Origin: a virus
Taxonomy: Duplodnaviria; Caudoviricetes
Length of the DNA stretch: 64,000 bases
Direction: 5' to 3' (one strand)
Virus record (IMG/VR): IMGVR_UViG_3300021958_011004
Coordinates: 1-64,000 of that record
Of the stretch, positions 36,998-46,569 are shown one piece after another. The notes beneath the pieces were generated by a model, which was given only the letters and a program-made list of their open reading frames with translations, made no database searches and was not told where the DNA came from. Both the position numbers and the translations under genes were made by a program. The stretch's first letter is position 1. Each line of letters opens with the position of its first letter.

Positions 36998-37954
36998 CTA
37001 ATTATCGATTCCAAGAACCTTCTTCCCGTTCTCTGTTGCAATTTTTACTAAAGCATCCTCGTCGTATATCTTGCAAGCTTCAAGTAACAATCGCAGCTCA
37101 AACATCATGTCACCATCAGCGTATGGTTTGTAAACATCATGAATATTATCAGAACCTAGAGCAACAACAATATCGTGTTCTAATAATTCATCAACAGGAG
37201 TTATTGCATTGTGAATTGGTGCTAAATCCTCTCTACGGACATGGTCAATCCAAGCACTTGGACATGTAACAAATGAAAGGCCAGCGTCTTTACATATCTT
37301 GTAAACTTCTTGTCTATAATACTTGTCATGACATGCAAGAGATATTCCATGCACTGCTGTAACCATTCCTTCGAGACCCCACTCAATTGTTTTTCTTGCA
37401 AGTAATTCAGTTTCTTTTTCACTTTGACAATTGAGCTGGTCAACATGCACGTGAAGCTTTTTATTTCTTGCCTTGGCCCAAAACATTACCTTATCTAAGT
37501 GTCTCTCAATGTTCTTTATTCCGTCTGCTCTAGGTAAAGAACCTATGATGTCAAATGAATCCAAAACTGTTTCTAGTAGCTCGTTTTCTGCAGGCCTTAA
37601 AACACCTTTGAGAGTTTGGCAAGCCAGCTTAATTTTAAAATTTGGGCGTGCAGCAGCTGCTTTTTTAGCACCCACAATAGCTGCATGTTGGCATAAAGAA
37701 TCCACATCAATAAAACTGCATGCATGACTTACACCAAAATTAATTTGAGAATCAATAGCTCTTAAAACATTTTCTTCATATGAGTTTGCACATGCTTGAG
37801 CCTTAAATCTATCAACGAGTTTCCACTTTTCTTCTAAATGTTTATATGTCTCCAGCTCAGAAAACATTTCAAGCGTAAAGGCTCTGTCAAAATGCGCGTG
37901 TGCATTAACAAAACCGCCATTATCAATAATACGATTTTTTAAATTTTCTAACAT
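36998..37954 (-). CDS. metal-dependent amidohydrolase, cytosine-deaminase-like
   Basis: FVNAHAHFD, HVHVD, AVHGIS, ALGSDN. Confidence 0.85.
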   Translation of the reverse strand: MLENLKNRIIDNGGFVNAHAHFDRAFTLEMFSELETYKHLEEKWKLVDRFKAQACANSYEENVLRAIDSQINFGVSHACSFIDVDSLCQHAAIVGAKKAAAARPNFKIKLACQTLKGVLRPAENELLETVLDSFDIIGSLPRADGIKNIERHLDKVMFWAKARNKKLHVHVDQLNCQSEKETELLARKTIEWGLEGMVTAVHGISLACHDKYYRQEVYKICKDAGLSFVTCPSAWIDHVRREDLAPIHNAITPVDELLEHDIVVALGSDNIHDVYKPYADGDMMFELRLLLEACKIYDEDALVKIATENGKKVLGIDN

Positions 37955-38013
37955 TGAGATATATCCTCGTTTTTAATAATTATAGATATCAAAAAATAAA
38001 GGAGATTAAAACA

Positions 38014-38631
38014 ATGTCTAGGATAAAAAACATGGGAGCAGCAACAGTTAGATTTAACGAAGGTGTTATTGTTGACGGAACAGCAGGAGATGATTCTCAT
38101 GCTCTAATCATAACAGGGAGCATCCATTGTTCCACAGATGGTTACTTTGATAGAATCTATCTCGGTGGGGGTGATGGAACAGGGTCAACAATTAGTAACG
38201 GAAACTCTGATACTTACATACAAATGCAAGGAAATGATGTTATTAATCTAGTCGCAGGAAGTAAAAACTTTGTGCAAATTGTTGAAGCGAATAGAGGAAC
38301 TAACAGAATTATTATAAATGAAAATAGTGAAAATATTGATTTTAGAGTGGAAACTTCAAATCAAACACACGCAATATTTTCCGATGGTGGAAATGATGTA
38401 TTATATCTAGGAGGTTTTCCTGCAGGAAATCAGGCTGGCAGCGATGTTGGTGTATATATTTCTGGCTCTTATGATAGAAAATTAGTGATTAATGCAGAAG
38501 TTGTTATCACTGGTGGTGTTTCTTTTTCTGGTCCTGAGTCAGGTTTAATACTATCATCTCCCAACGGGACAATGTTTGCATTAACAATTGATGATGACGG
38601 AAGCGTGGGTTCTTTTCAGCTTACCCCCTAA
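38014..38631 (+). CDS. Gly/beta-rich fibre-like structural protein
   Basis: AAGGAG SD; IDFRVE motif; LILSSPNGTMFALTIDDDG tail seen in fibre proteins. Confidence 0.6.
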   Translation: MSRIKNMGAATVRFNEGVIVDGTAGDDSHALIITGSIHCSTDGYFDRIYLGGGDGTGSTISNGNSDTYIQMQGNDVINLVAGSKNFVQIVEANRGTNRIIINENSENIDFRVETSNQTHAIFSDGGNDVLYLGGFPAGNQAGSDVGVYISGSYDRKLVINAEVVITGGVSFSGPESGLILSSPNGTMFALTIDDDGSVGSFQLTP

Positions 38632-38641
38632 CTCTCTAAAC

Positions 38642-39199
38642 TCATTGCATTAAAATTGTCGCAATTTGATTTAAAGATTCTTCACTATACCCTACCTGAT
38701 AACCCATCATTACCAAGTCTTTATCAAAGTAATAAAATGTTGGCCAGCTAGCTAGATATAATTGTTCTTTTAACATAAGCGGATCACTAGTAACCAAGCT
38801 TCTATCTGAACCCCAAGTCATAGCGCTTTCTATACCGAAAGTTGAATCCCACAATCTCACGTCATCAACATCAGGAGGATATCCACTTGTATCCTCGATT
38901 AGTACTGTGACGTAATGTATGTCAGGATGCAACGTTTGAAAAGCTTCAGTATTAGCTCCTGCAGCTTGACAAGGGCCACACCACATAGCACTTAAATCAA
39001 GAATCACAGGTTTTCCTTTAAGATCATAAATACTTTTAATTTCTCCATTAGAGTCAAAAGCCTGAAAGTTGCAAATAGTTGCACCAATTACAGAAGCGCA
39101 ACCTGCTTCAACATCTTCAATGTTTTGTGACAAAGAAGTATCACTTTTAATGTCTGAGTTTGAACAACCCAATAAAAAACTTAATAATAATCCGAACAT
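38642..39199 (-). CDS. TlpA-like thioredoxin lipoprotein
   Basis: Lipobox LLG-C; LDLSAMWCGPCQ; WPTFY. Confidence 0.85.
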   Translation of the reverse strand: MFGLLLSFLLGCSNSDIKSDTSLSQNIEDVEAGCASVIGATICNFQAFDSNGEIKSIYDLKGKPVILDLSAMWCGPCQAAGANTEAFQTLHPDIHYVTVLIEDTSGYPPDVDDVRLWDSTFGIESAMTWGSDRSLVTSDPLMLKEQLYLASWPTFYYFDKDLVMMGYQVGYSEESLNQIATILMQ

Positions 39200-39207
39200 A
39201 ATATCTC

Positions 39208-39723
39208 CTATGGTATCCAGAATTTATCACCTGCTCTATCAATAAACGGATGCATGATATGACCAGGAATGCTAATATGATTTAAACCAAGAGCATGACC
39301 TAATTCATGCTCCAAAATCAACGGGACATTAACTTCATTATTTGGAATTATAATCTCAGCAGATACTACAGTTCCAGAAACAATCATTCTACGAGTAACA
39401 CCAATAGAATCTTCAGGCATTTCTCCTTCATGTCTAATAACAATAAAACCTATCGGAAAACTTTGACTGCAAACATAATTTTCATAGTCGATAATATAAT
39501 GGTCTGTTTTAAATCCTTTAATTTCCCAATAGTTTATTGCATTTAAAACAGTTGCAATTCTAATTTCACTATCTCTACAAATCACAACTAAAGGTTCTTT
39601 TTCCCACGCTCCAGCAATAAATTTTTGTCTAGAATATACACTTTCAACTAAAATTGAGCTTAAAGCATAAAACAAAACAGCTACAACTGATATGATTACC
39701 AGCCTAATAATTGAATTCATCAT
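39208..39723 (-). CDS. matrixin-like (metzincin) zinc metalloprotease
   Basis: N-terminal TM/signal; HELGHALGLNH and Met-turn IMHP. Confidence 0.85.
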   Translation of the reverse strand: MMNSIIRLVIISVVAVLFYALSSILVESVYSRQKFIAGAWEKEPLVVICRDSEIRIATVLNAINYWEIKGFKTDHYIIDYENYVCSQSFPIGFIVIRHEGEMPEDSIGVTRRMIVSGTVVSAEIIIPNNEVNVPLILEHELGHALGLNHISIPGHIMHPFIDRAGDKFWIP

Positions 39724-39724
39724 A

Positions 39725-41329
39725 TCAACAACCCGCGATTGCGTAAGTTATCTCAATGGTTTGTCCTTCACGAGGGGTTGAACCTTCATTAAAAATAACA
39801 GAATTAGTACTGTCATCAAATATCCACGCCTCAGTCAGTTGACCATTAACATATACTTCAATTGACTCTTCAATTATATCTGTTTCTGATAACTGGAAAG
39901 TAGAAGTATTGCTAACTTGTTCTGCTAAATCTTTTAACTGAATTCCCCAGTCAGGTGCACAAATTGAATACCATGAACCATTATAATAATTTATAATTTC
40001 ATAATATCCATAACCTGGGTTTAAATGTCTGGTTATTCCGTTAGCTGTAATATAATCACAACCAGCTGGGTAATCAGCAATCACACCGTACATTTTGACA
40101 TTTTCAACGCTAGGTTTAATATTATCAAAAAACCATGTGTAGTTTATCCAACTACCAGTACTAAAGTCAGGTTCATCAGAGAGATATATTATAGCAAGAT
40201 TAGCATGCTCTCTATAAAAAGTTGAACCTGGTCCTGCAACGCTCGGAGCTTGGAGTGCCTCATATGCCATTTCGACACCACGCTCCATACCGCTTCCGTA
40301 AATACCAATACCATTGATTGTACTTGCAGACCACCCAACGGGGTCAGAATGATTATTATCAATCCATCCTGGCCAAGAACCTTGCCATGTATAATCTGAA
40401 GTTGTAATAAAACCCATGTGAAAGTCAGGATTAACTAACAAAAACTGGTCCATAAAATCAGTCATTTGTTGTGCCAACATACTTTGAAATATTGACATAG
40501 AGCCACTATCATCAATAACCCAGATAATATCAACAACAGGAACTGGGTCTTGTTGCCATGTCTCTGTAAACATCTGAAGATAATCAGCCTCTCCTAACTG
40601 ATAAGCTTCAATTTCTGGATTGATTGGGTCATTTGATTTAATTGATATTATACTTTCATCATAGCCCATGTCTTGTGGGATATAAGAAACCAAAAAATCA
40701 AGAGAGTTTTCAGGTTCAATCTCCCAGGGAGGATCATTCAAAGACCCATATTCCATAATAATATCTGCTGGTTGATTAACTAACTGCAAAACAGAATCAA
40801 CAATCAAATTAAGGTTTCCCTCATTTTTAATTGTTATTCTTTCTTCATTGTCACACCCGAGACTAATCTCACCATAATCAACATCCATCGGAGAGACATC
40901 AATAACTGGCGCATCTCCAAAGCCTGATAATCCTACATATGAAAGCTCTTCATTGCTGTCAGAAGACAATATCTCAATTGTCCCATAGTTTTCTTCATAT
41001 GTTTCTGGGACATATGTTACAGTATATTCAACATATTCTTCCGGAGATAATGTAATAACCTCTGGACCATCTAATTCAAATCTATCTTCACCTAAAACAA
41101 CAACTGGATTATCAATGCTAAGCACATCATTGCCTGCATTCATAACAATAAAATTTTCAACTCCTGACTCATAACCCGATCTAATGTGACCAAAATTAAT
41201 TTGCTCAGGATACACAACTATTTCAGGGTTCTCATCATCAACTTTATAAAAAGTCGTATCTTGACAACCGCTGTTAAATAAACTTAAACTAGAAAGAAAA
41301 CACAAAATTAGCCAGAAATTATGTCTCAT
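39725..41329 (-). CDS. lipoprotein with two Ig-like domains and a vWA domain
   Basis: Lipobox NSG-C; INFG..NAGNDVLSI and DYG...NEGNLNL Ig repeats; DIIWVIDDSGSM MIDAS. Confidence 0.8.
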   Translation of the reverse strand: MRHNFWLILCFLSSLSLFNSGCQDTTFYKVDDENPEIVVYPEQINFGHIRSGYESGVENFIVMNAGNDVLSIDNPVVVLGEDRFELDGPEVITLSPEEYVEYTVTYVPETYEENYGTIEILSSDSNEELSYVGLSGFGDAPVIDVSPMDVDYGEISLGCDNEERITIKNEGNLNLIVDSVLQLVNQPADIIMEYGSLNDPPWEIEPENSLDFLVSYIPQDMGYDESIISIKSNDPINPEIEAYQLGEADYLQMFTETWQQDPVPVVDIIWVIDDSGSMSIFQSMLAQQMTDFMDQFLLVNPDFHMGFITTSDYTWQGSWPGWIDNNHSDPVGWSASTINGIGIYGSGMERGVEMAYEALQAPSVAGPGSTFYREHANLAIIYLSDEPDFSTGSWINYTWFFDNIKPSVENVKMYGVIADYPAGCDYITANGITRHLNPGYGYYEIINYYNGSWYSICAPDWGIQLKDLAEQVSNTSTFQLSETDIIEESIEVYVNGQLTEAWIFDDSTNSVIFNEGSTPREGQTIEITYAIAGC

Positions 41330-41413
41330 TTTATCCCCCGATATGTTTATAGATTAGAAAGCACAAAACATGCTCTCATATCTTACATATTCGGGTGTGT
41401 TACAAAACTGAAA

Positions 41414-41698
41414 CTAAGTTTCTGATTTTTTACTAATTATCTCTGAGATCTTCTTTAAAAAGTTAGTATTATCTAAGTCTGGATTTTTACCCCACTCAGA
41501 ATCATTCCAGTCTCTTACTATTTCTCTCCAAACACCGACTGGGATTGTCATTGAAATAGGTACAGTAATAGAGATATTTTCGCTTCGGGGTAAATCAAAA
41601 GTAGAAATTGTAACTTCTAAATAAACATTATTGCTATCACCTTCAATAGTATATAAATGCCAATTTTTACCCGAAGATATGGATGTAATACTAGCCAT
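41414..41698 (-). CDS. hypothetical protein
   Basis: ORF track. Confidence 0.65.
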   Translation of the reverse strand: MASITSISSGKNWHLYTIEGDSNNVYLEVTISTFDLPRSENISITVPISMTIPVGVWREIVRDWNDSEWGKNPDLDNTNFLKKISEIISKKSET

Positions 41699-41703
41699 GA
41701 CTT

Positions 41704-41892
41704 CTAGCCACCAAACGTAACGTGGCCTTTTAAAATATCGTCAATGGCGTTAATCGCTCTATGTAAAACAGTAGCGCAATCAATTTGTTTCATTATAGCA
41801 TTCTTATCTGACTTATAATCTTTAAGCCTTGAAAATTCATTTATCAACTCAGTTCTAATTTTAACTAGTTTTTGAATTTCTTGATTTTCCAT
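41704..41892 (-). CDS. small hypothetical protein
   Basis: ORF track. Confidence 0.6.
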   Translation of the reverse strand: MENQEIQKLVKIRTELINEFSRLKDYKSDKNAIMKQIDCATVLHRAINAIDDILKGHVTFGG

Positions 41893-41893
41893 T

Positions 41894-42472
41894 TTAATTT
41901 CCCTTAAACCAGCTCGGTCTATTTGCTTTTGGTTCCCACTTAGCGAATCGAACCTTATCGATATTATAGTAGTTACGATAAGATTCTACTGCATTATATT
42001 CGTTTGTAATACTATCTTTTACTTTATAGTCTTCGTTCATACAAATAGCAAAAGGTGTTCTACCCTCTTTTGGAAAATTAACAGGTACATTCTTGTCAAG
42101 CCAGCGACACACAGCTTCAGACTTGTGATGTTTCTGATATCGATTGGTATATTCAATTAAAAGACAACTCATTAACTCTAGATGCCAAAAATAATTCTCT
42201 GCAGACTCTCTTGTCCAGATAGTACAAGGATGATTTACGTGAGTCAAACCCCAGGGAGGTTGCTTTTCTTTTGGAACCTCATCAGCAAGAAACTTTTTAA
42301 CATCTCTCATGAGTTTAAAGTCTTTCCTAGATTTTCCAAAATGATCTAACCAACTCATCCAATGAGCTGCACACAACATTTGACCAGCTTCAAGTATCAT
42401 TTTTACTACATGTTTGTTACAATGATACTCTGCTGCTTTAACAGGACTCTCGTCCAACACAAATATATTCAA
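41894..42472 (-). CDS. pyrimidine-dimer DNA glycosylase (DenV/endonuclease V family)
   Basis: MNIFVLD...HCNKHVVKMILE..QML...THVNHPC..W...YRNYY. Confidence 0.85.
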   Translation of the reverse strand: MNIFVLDESPVKAAEYHCNKHVVKMILEAGQMLCAAHWMSWLDHFGKSRKDFKLMRDVKKFLADEVPKEKQPPWGLTHVNHPCTIWTRESAENYFWHLELMSCLLIEYTNRYQKHHKSEAVCRWLDKNVPVNFPKEGRTPFAICMNEDYKVKDSITNEYNAVESYRNYYNIDKVRFAKWEPKANRPSWFKGN

Positions 42473-42479
42473 ATCTACC

Positions 42480-43283
42480 TCACAGATTAGGAATTATATG
42501 TTCTTCTATTAGTTTGATGGTTTCATCAGGCCCTGATGTTTGGAAGGCCCCAAGACCGTTCTGCAATACGTCTTGATATATTTCGTGATCATTACCACCT
42601 TTGTTGCAATTATCACCAATAAAGTAAACTTGTCGATCTTTATAAAAGTTATTTAAAGTAAAAGTTTTATTCCATCCAACTGGGTAAATATCAATTGAAG
42701 TTTTACCGCCCAAAGCGGTTGTAAATTTATCACGCGTAATGTCTGAGTTTTGTAATGCAAAGTCTAGATCTGATTTTAAAATTGTTCTGACACATTTTGC
42801 TTCATCAATAGCTTCGAATATTTTTCTATCTCTATCAGCAGCATCCCTACCAATCATACACCAGTTTAAAAGAGAACCGCGATTTGAAGTGAAATGACCA
42901 AAAAACATTGAATCTGACAATAATTCTTCACAAGTCATTGCTTTGTTTTGTAATCTAACAACGTGTTTCATTAATGATTGAAATGCACTCATTCCAACAT
43001 GGTACATCATACTGTTGTCTGACATCTGTACCCACTTAAAATCATTCCACTCATAATGTTTAGTCCCGTTGCAAGGATAGAGTGTTAGATTGTTAAGGTT
43101 TGGGCAATTAATAGAGTCCCAAATAGGACCTAACTGATCTTCGATATAATTAAAGCCCGAGCCTGTTACAATTCCAACATTTGTTAGGTTAAGTAACCTT
43201 GAAAGGACCTTTATCATGTTTGTTTCTATCTTTTTTCTGGCTGGTGTTAATGTACAGTCCATGTCAAACAAAACAGTAGACAT
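42480..43283 (-). CDS. HAD-IIB phosphomannomutase (eukaryotic PMM-like)
   Basis: LFDMDCTLT, VTGS, GGKTSIDIYPVGWNK, FIGD...GGNDHEI. Confidence 0.85.
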   Translation of the reverse strand: MSTVLFDMDCTLTPARKKIETNMIKVLSRLLNLTNVGIVTGSGFNYIEDQLGPIWDSINCPNLNNLTLYPCNGTKHYEWNDFKWVQMSDNSMMYHVGMSAFQSLMKHVVRLQNKAMTCEELLSDSMFFGHFTSNRGSLLNWCMIGRDAADRDRKIFEAIDEAKCVRTILKSDLDFALQNSDITRDKFTTALGGKTSIDIYPVGWNKTFTLNNFYKDRQVYFIGDNCNKGGNDHEIYQDVLQNGLGAFQTSGPDETIKLIEEHIIPNL

Positions 43284-43712
43284 TTATTTTTCTCCTTGTT
43301 TTTGTCGAACAGCATCAACCAACCAAGAACTAGACTGTGGTTTGTTGTTACCGCCAATTCCCCATAACATTTCAATATCTAAATCTTTGCATACTTTTTC
43401 TTCAGGTACATTACCTTCTTTTCTGTCTCCACCGTTGGCAAAATATGTAGGAGATAATAGTCTTAAAGTCTCACAAACAGTATTATCTTCGTCAATACAT
43501 TTTACAACATCAACAACGCCAGAGATAGCTTTTAATATTTCAGCTCTTTCTTCCCACCTCATAAAAGCGTAACCTTTCTTTTTTTCTAGCCATTCGTCAG
43601 TATTCAAGATAACAATAACGTCACCATATTCTGCTGCTTTTAAAATCATTCTAACATGGCCAACATGAATTGGATCAAATCCACCACTAACTGCAATTGT
43701 TTTGTTTTTCAT
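43284..43712 (-). CDS. cytidylyltransferase family protein (RfaE/TagD-like)
   Basis: VSGGFDPIHVGH, FANGGDR, KPQSSS. Confidence 0.88.
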   Translation of the reverse strand: MKNKTIAVSGGFDPIHVGHVRMILKAAEYGDVIVILNTDEWLEKKKGYAFMRWEERAEILKAISGVVDVVKCIDEDNTVCETLRLLSPTYFANGGDRKEGNVPEEKVCKDLDIEMLWGIGGNNKPQSSSWLVDAVRQKQGEK

Positions 43713-43969
43713 AGAATCTTCCCTAAGATGTCATAGCTTGTAATAAAGTGTGTTTCGCCATTATACATCACTTCATAAAACTTTACATTTTTGAATTCTT
43801 CGATATCATCAGGAGACATTGCAAGTATTTCATCAAATGATTGATGTGTGCTTATGATAATCGAAATTAAACCATTATTCTGAACTTTTTCAGGCACAGA
43901 ATAATGGTCACAAATTAGAACTAAGTCACCTGAATTGTAGGTTTCTAACTTAGAAACAACAGGCGCCAT
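43709..43969 (-). CDS. small hypothetical protein (GDLV motif)
   Basis: NSGDLVLI. Confidence 0.6.
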   Translation of the reverse strand: MAPVVSKLETYNSGDLVLICDHYSVPEKVQNNGLISIIISTHQSFDEILAMSPDDIEEFKNVKFYEVMYNGETHFITSYDILGKIL

Positions 43970-43981
43970 TTTTTTATTGTT

Positions 43982-44305
43982 TTACAGGGTTAAGTCTGAG
44001 AATTCTGGTAATTCACCTGCGTCATGATGAATGTTTGTTAATTCAACGACAACACCTGGCGATCCTGTAACTGTTATTTTTTTACACCTAATCTCAAGTC
44101 TAATAGCAGACTCTGCTGGTGCAGTTATTGTACCACTTTGTGTGTTTGATCCATCATGTATTTTTAGAGTCCCACCAGGAAGAACTACAATTGCTCTAGA
44201 ATAAAACTTTAAACTATGTGTACCTGCTGATAAAACTAATGGTGTTCCAGATGCCTGATATTCTCCAACTGCACCAAGACCTGGCCGAGCCCAATTTAAA
44301 GACAT
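43982..44305 (-). CDS. hypothetical (putative structural) protein
   Basis: PGLGAVGEYQASG; beta-rich; AAGGAG SD. Confidence 0.7.
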   Translation of the reverse strand: MSLNWARPGLGAVGEYQASGTPLVLSAGTHSLKFYSRAIVVLPGGTLKIHDGSNTQSGTITAPAESAIRLEIRCKKITVTGSPGVVVELTNIHHDAGELPEFSDLTL

Positions 44306-44337
44306 TATTATCTCCTTTGTTTTTATAGCTATAAGTA

Positions 44338-44535
44338 TTATGCTTCTATGTTACTTACATGCCATTCAAGAATAAACCCTGAGGTTAAAATAAAGAAGTA
44401 ACCATCATGAGTTGATTTTCGAATCACCACTCCCACCTTTTTGGTTTGATGATTTTTTACGAGATCGCCGCTTTCTAGTTTTCTTTTCTGTGACTGGTTT
44501 ATCAACTTCAAAAACCTCAGTAGTTTTTTCTTCAA
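44338..44535 (-). CDS. small hypothetical protein (GDLV motif)
   Basis: LESGDLVK...VGVVI. Confidence 0.55.
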   Translation of the reverse strand: MKKKLLRFLKLINQSQKRKLESGDLVKNHQTKKVGVVIRKSTHDGYFFILTSGFILEWHVSNIEA

Positions 44536-44728
44536 CTTTTTCTTCTTTCAAGACAACAGGAGGAAAAACTTTTTTATACTCTTCTTTTGTTACTGAAATA
44601 AAGTTCTTTGTTAAACAGTATTCTAATAATTCATCATAACTTCTTAAATTGTTTTTATCACAAAAAACCTTAAGTCCAGTTTTGGTTTTTCTAAGGAAGT
44701 AATCTAATTTAATCTTTTGAGTTCCCAT
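44405..44728 (-). CDS. basic hypothetical protein
   Basis: AAGGAG SD before MGTQK. Confidence 0.6.
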   Translation of the reverse strand: MGTQKIKLDYFLRKTKTGLKVFCDKNNLRSYDELLEYCLTKNFISVTKEEYKKVFPPVVLKEEKVEEKTTEVFEVDKPVTEKKTRKRRSRKKSSNQKGGSGDSKINS

Positions 44729-44987
44729 TTTTATTAATCTCCTTCTCAGACTCAACAAATAACTTTTTTATTAATTCAGCAGTTTTTTCAGAGTAATTTT
44801 CCGAAATGTGCTCAAATATTTTAAGCATGTGCATCGAATTTGGATTATCAATCTTTGTTGATTCCTCAACATAACTATATAATTCTAACAGTTTGTCTCC
44901 GTCCCAGTCTAAAGACTCAAGAAGCTCTGTTTCAAAGTGTATGTTTCTAAAATTCGATGCTTTCATTTTTTCATGTCTCCATTTCAC
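44709..44987 (-). CDS. hypothetical protein
   Basis: ORF track. Confidence 0.6.
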   Translation of the reverse strand: MKWRHEKMKASNFRNIHFETELLESLDWDGDKLLELYSYVEESTKIDNPNSMHMLKIFEHISENYSEKTAELIKKLFVESEKEINKNGNSKD

Positions 44988-45252
44988 TTATAAACTCAAC
45001 AATTGCTTCTTGGAATCTTGGGTCCGTTGACAATCGATAGAGTTCTTTTTCATCAAGTTTAACATCATACAATTCAGCAAGATTATTCGCAACTTTATTT
45101 AAACTAGAAACAAAAACATTCCTTGCTGTTGAGTGATTCATTTTATAGCCTCGTTCATTCATTTCATCAGCAATTTGATGATAAGTCATACCACCAAGTG
45201 ATTTAGTTGTTGAATAACCGTTTTCTGATTTGTGACCTTTTGGCATTGACAT
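44971..45252 (-). CDS. HTH protein resembling sigma-factor region 4.2
   Basis: GMTYHQIADEM...MNHSTARNVFVSSLNKV; GAGGAG SD overlaps the last codons of the sigma gene. Confidence 0.65.
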   Translation of the reverse strand: MSMPKGHKSENGYSTTKSLGGMTYHQIADEMNERGYKMNHSTARNVFVSSLNKVANNLAELYDVKLDEKELYRLSTDPRFQEAIVEFISEMET

Positions 45253-45259
45253 AATTAAT

Positions 45260-46000
45260 TTACTCCTCTTCGTTAATCTCGTAAATGTTTGGATCGTTGT
45301 CTTCAACTTCTGAAATTCCAAATCTTAATCGTAAAACCATTTCTTCTCTCTTGGAAAGACACTTCAAAGCTTTTACGATACCCATTCTAATTCTTTCATC
45401 ATCCATTGACTCTTCAATTGATTTAGCACTGCTTGGTAAAACATCAGCTAAGGTCCTATTAGAATCATCACTAACAGGTGTATCAATAGAAGCAACATAT
45501 TTTGCTTTTGCTGAAGCCATAGCTTGTTTAACTTGCTTAACTTCCATCTCTAGAATATCAGCAATTTCTTCCTCAGTCGGTTCAACACCAAACTCTTCTT
45601 CATATTCTTGAATTACTTGCCAAATCTTGCGTGCGTTTGAAACTGTATGAGAAGGAACCTTGAGTATTGAATTGTTTGATGTAAGGTGACGTGTAATAGA
45701 TTGTTTAATCCACCAGTAGGCGTAAGTGCTAAATTTAAAGCCTTTCCGCCAGTCAAACTTTTCAACTGCCTTCATAAGACCCATATTTGACTCTTGAATT
45801 AAATCTTCAATATTGCTACCATACTTTGAATATTTCTTTGCAATACTAATAGCTAATCTTAAATTAGCTTCAATCATTCTTTTTCTAGCCTCGATATCAC
45901 CTGACTCGATTCGTTTTGCCAGGGATATTTCTTCTTCCTTGGTTAATAATGGATGATTTGAAACCTGTTTGAAATAACTTTCTAAAGCGTTTGAGTACAA
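45260..46000 (-). CDS. sigma-70-family RNA polymerase sigma factor lacking region 4.2
   Basis: [14 protein letters not shown] (1.2); [42 protein letters not shown] (2); PTEEEIA (3); [14 protein letters not shown] then stop. Confidence 0.92.
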   Translation of the reverse strand: MYSNALESYFKQVSNHPLLTKEEEISLAKRIESGDIEARKRMIEANLRLAISIAKKYSKYGSNIEDLIQESNMGLMKAVEKFDWRKGFKFSTYAYWWIKQSITRHLTSNNSILKVPSHTVSNARKIWQVIQEYEEEFGVEPTEEEIADILEMEVKQVKQAMASAKAKYVASIDTPVSDDSNRTLADVLPSSAKSIEESMDDERIRMGIVKALKCLSKREEMVLRLRFGISEVEDNDPNIYEINEEE

Positions 46001-46043
46001 AAGCCACCTTCCTTGTTGTGTTGTGTTTGTGGATTATATTTTT

Positions 46044-46072
46044 ATTATAACAAAAAAAATGCAAGGTTGCAT
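46044..46072 (-). promoter_or_regulatory. promoter ATGCAA-N17-TATAAT upstream of sigma, overlapping the Hsp20 terminator
   Basis: Consensus match. Confidence 0.65.
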
Positions 46073-46088
46073 GTTACACAACCTTGCA
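46052..46088 (-). terminator. intrinsic terminator of Hsp20
   Basis: TGCAAGGTTG-loop-CAACCTTGCA-TTTTTTTT. Confidence 0.75.
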
Positions 46089-46108
46089 ATATAAATGTAA
46101 ATAAAAAA

Positions 46109-46555
46109 TTAACGAATTGAAATAGATCGAGTTGTCTTTTCTTTCTTTTCAAGATATGGAAGTTCAACTGTAAGAATTCCATTAACATATTCAGCATCAA
46201 CTTGCTCTACGTTAACATTGCTTGGAATAGCAAAAGTTCTATGAAAACGAAAATCTGAAAACTCTGTAATGTATCGTTTTCTATTCTGGTTGTCTTTACT
46301 TCTTTCACCATGAACTGTCATAACATCTTTTTCAATGTTGATGTTAATATCTTCCTTTGCAAAACCGGGAACAAAAAATTCAAAGGTTACTGAATTGTTA
46401 TTTTCTGAAGTAAAAATATTACACTTTGGAAATGTTTCGTAGCTTTTCAAGTTGCCTCCACTGGTATAGCTTGGAAATAAAGCGTCAAAATTATCAAAGA
46501 AACTCTTATCAAAAAAGTCATTAAAATTATTATATCGTACAAGTTTGCTGCTCAT
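46109..46555 (-). CDS. small heat-shock protein (Hsp20)
   Basis: PGFAKEDI..I....MTVHGE; FHRTFAIP..V...A.Y.NGILTV.LP. Confidence 0.92.
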   Translation of the reverse strand: MSSKLVRYNNFNDFFDKSFFDNFDALFPSYTSGGNLKSYETFPKCNIFTSENNNSVTFEFFVPGFAKEDININIEKDVMTVHGERSKDNQNRKRYITEFSDFRFHRTFAIPSNVNVEQVDAEYVNGILTVELPYLEKKEKTTRSISIR

Positions 46556-46569
46556 TAATTTACCTCCTG

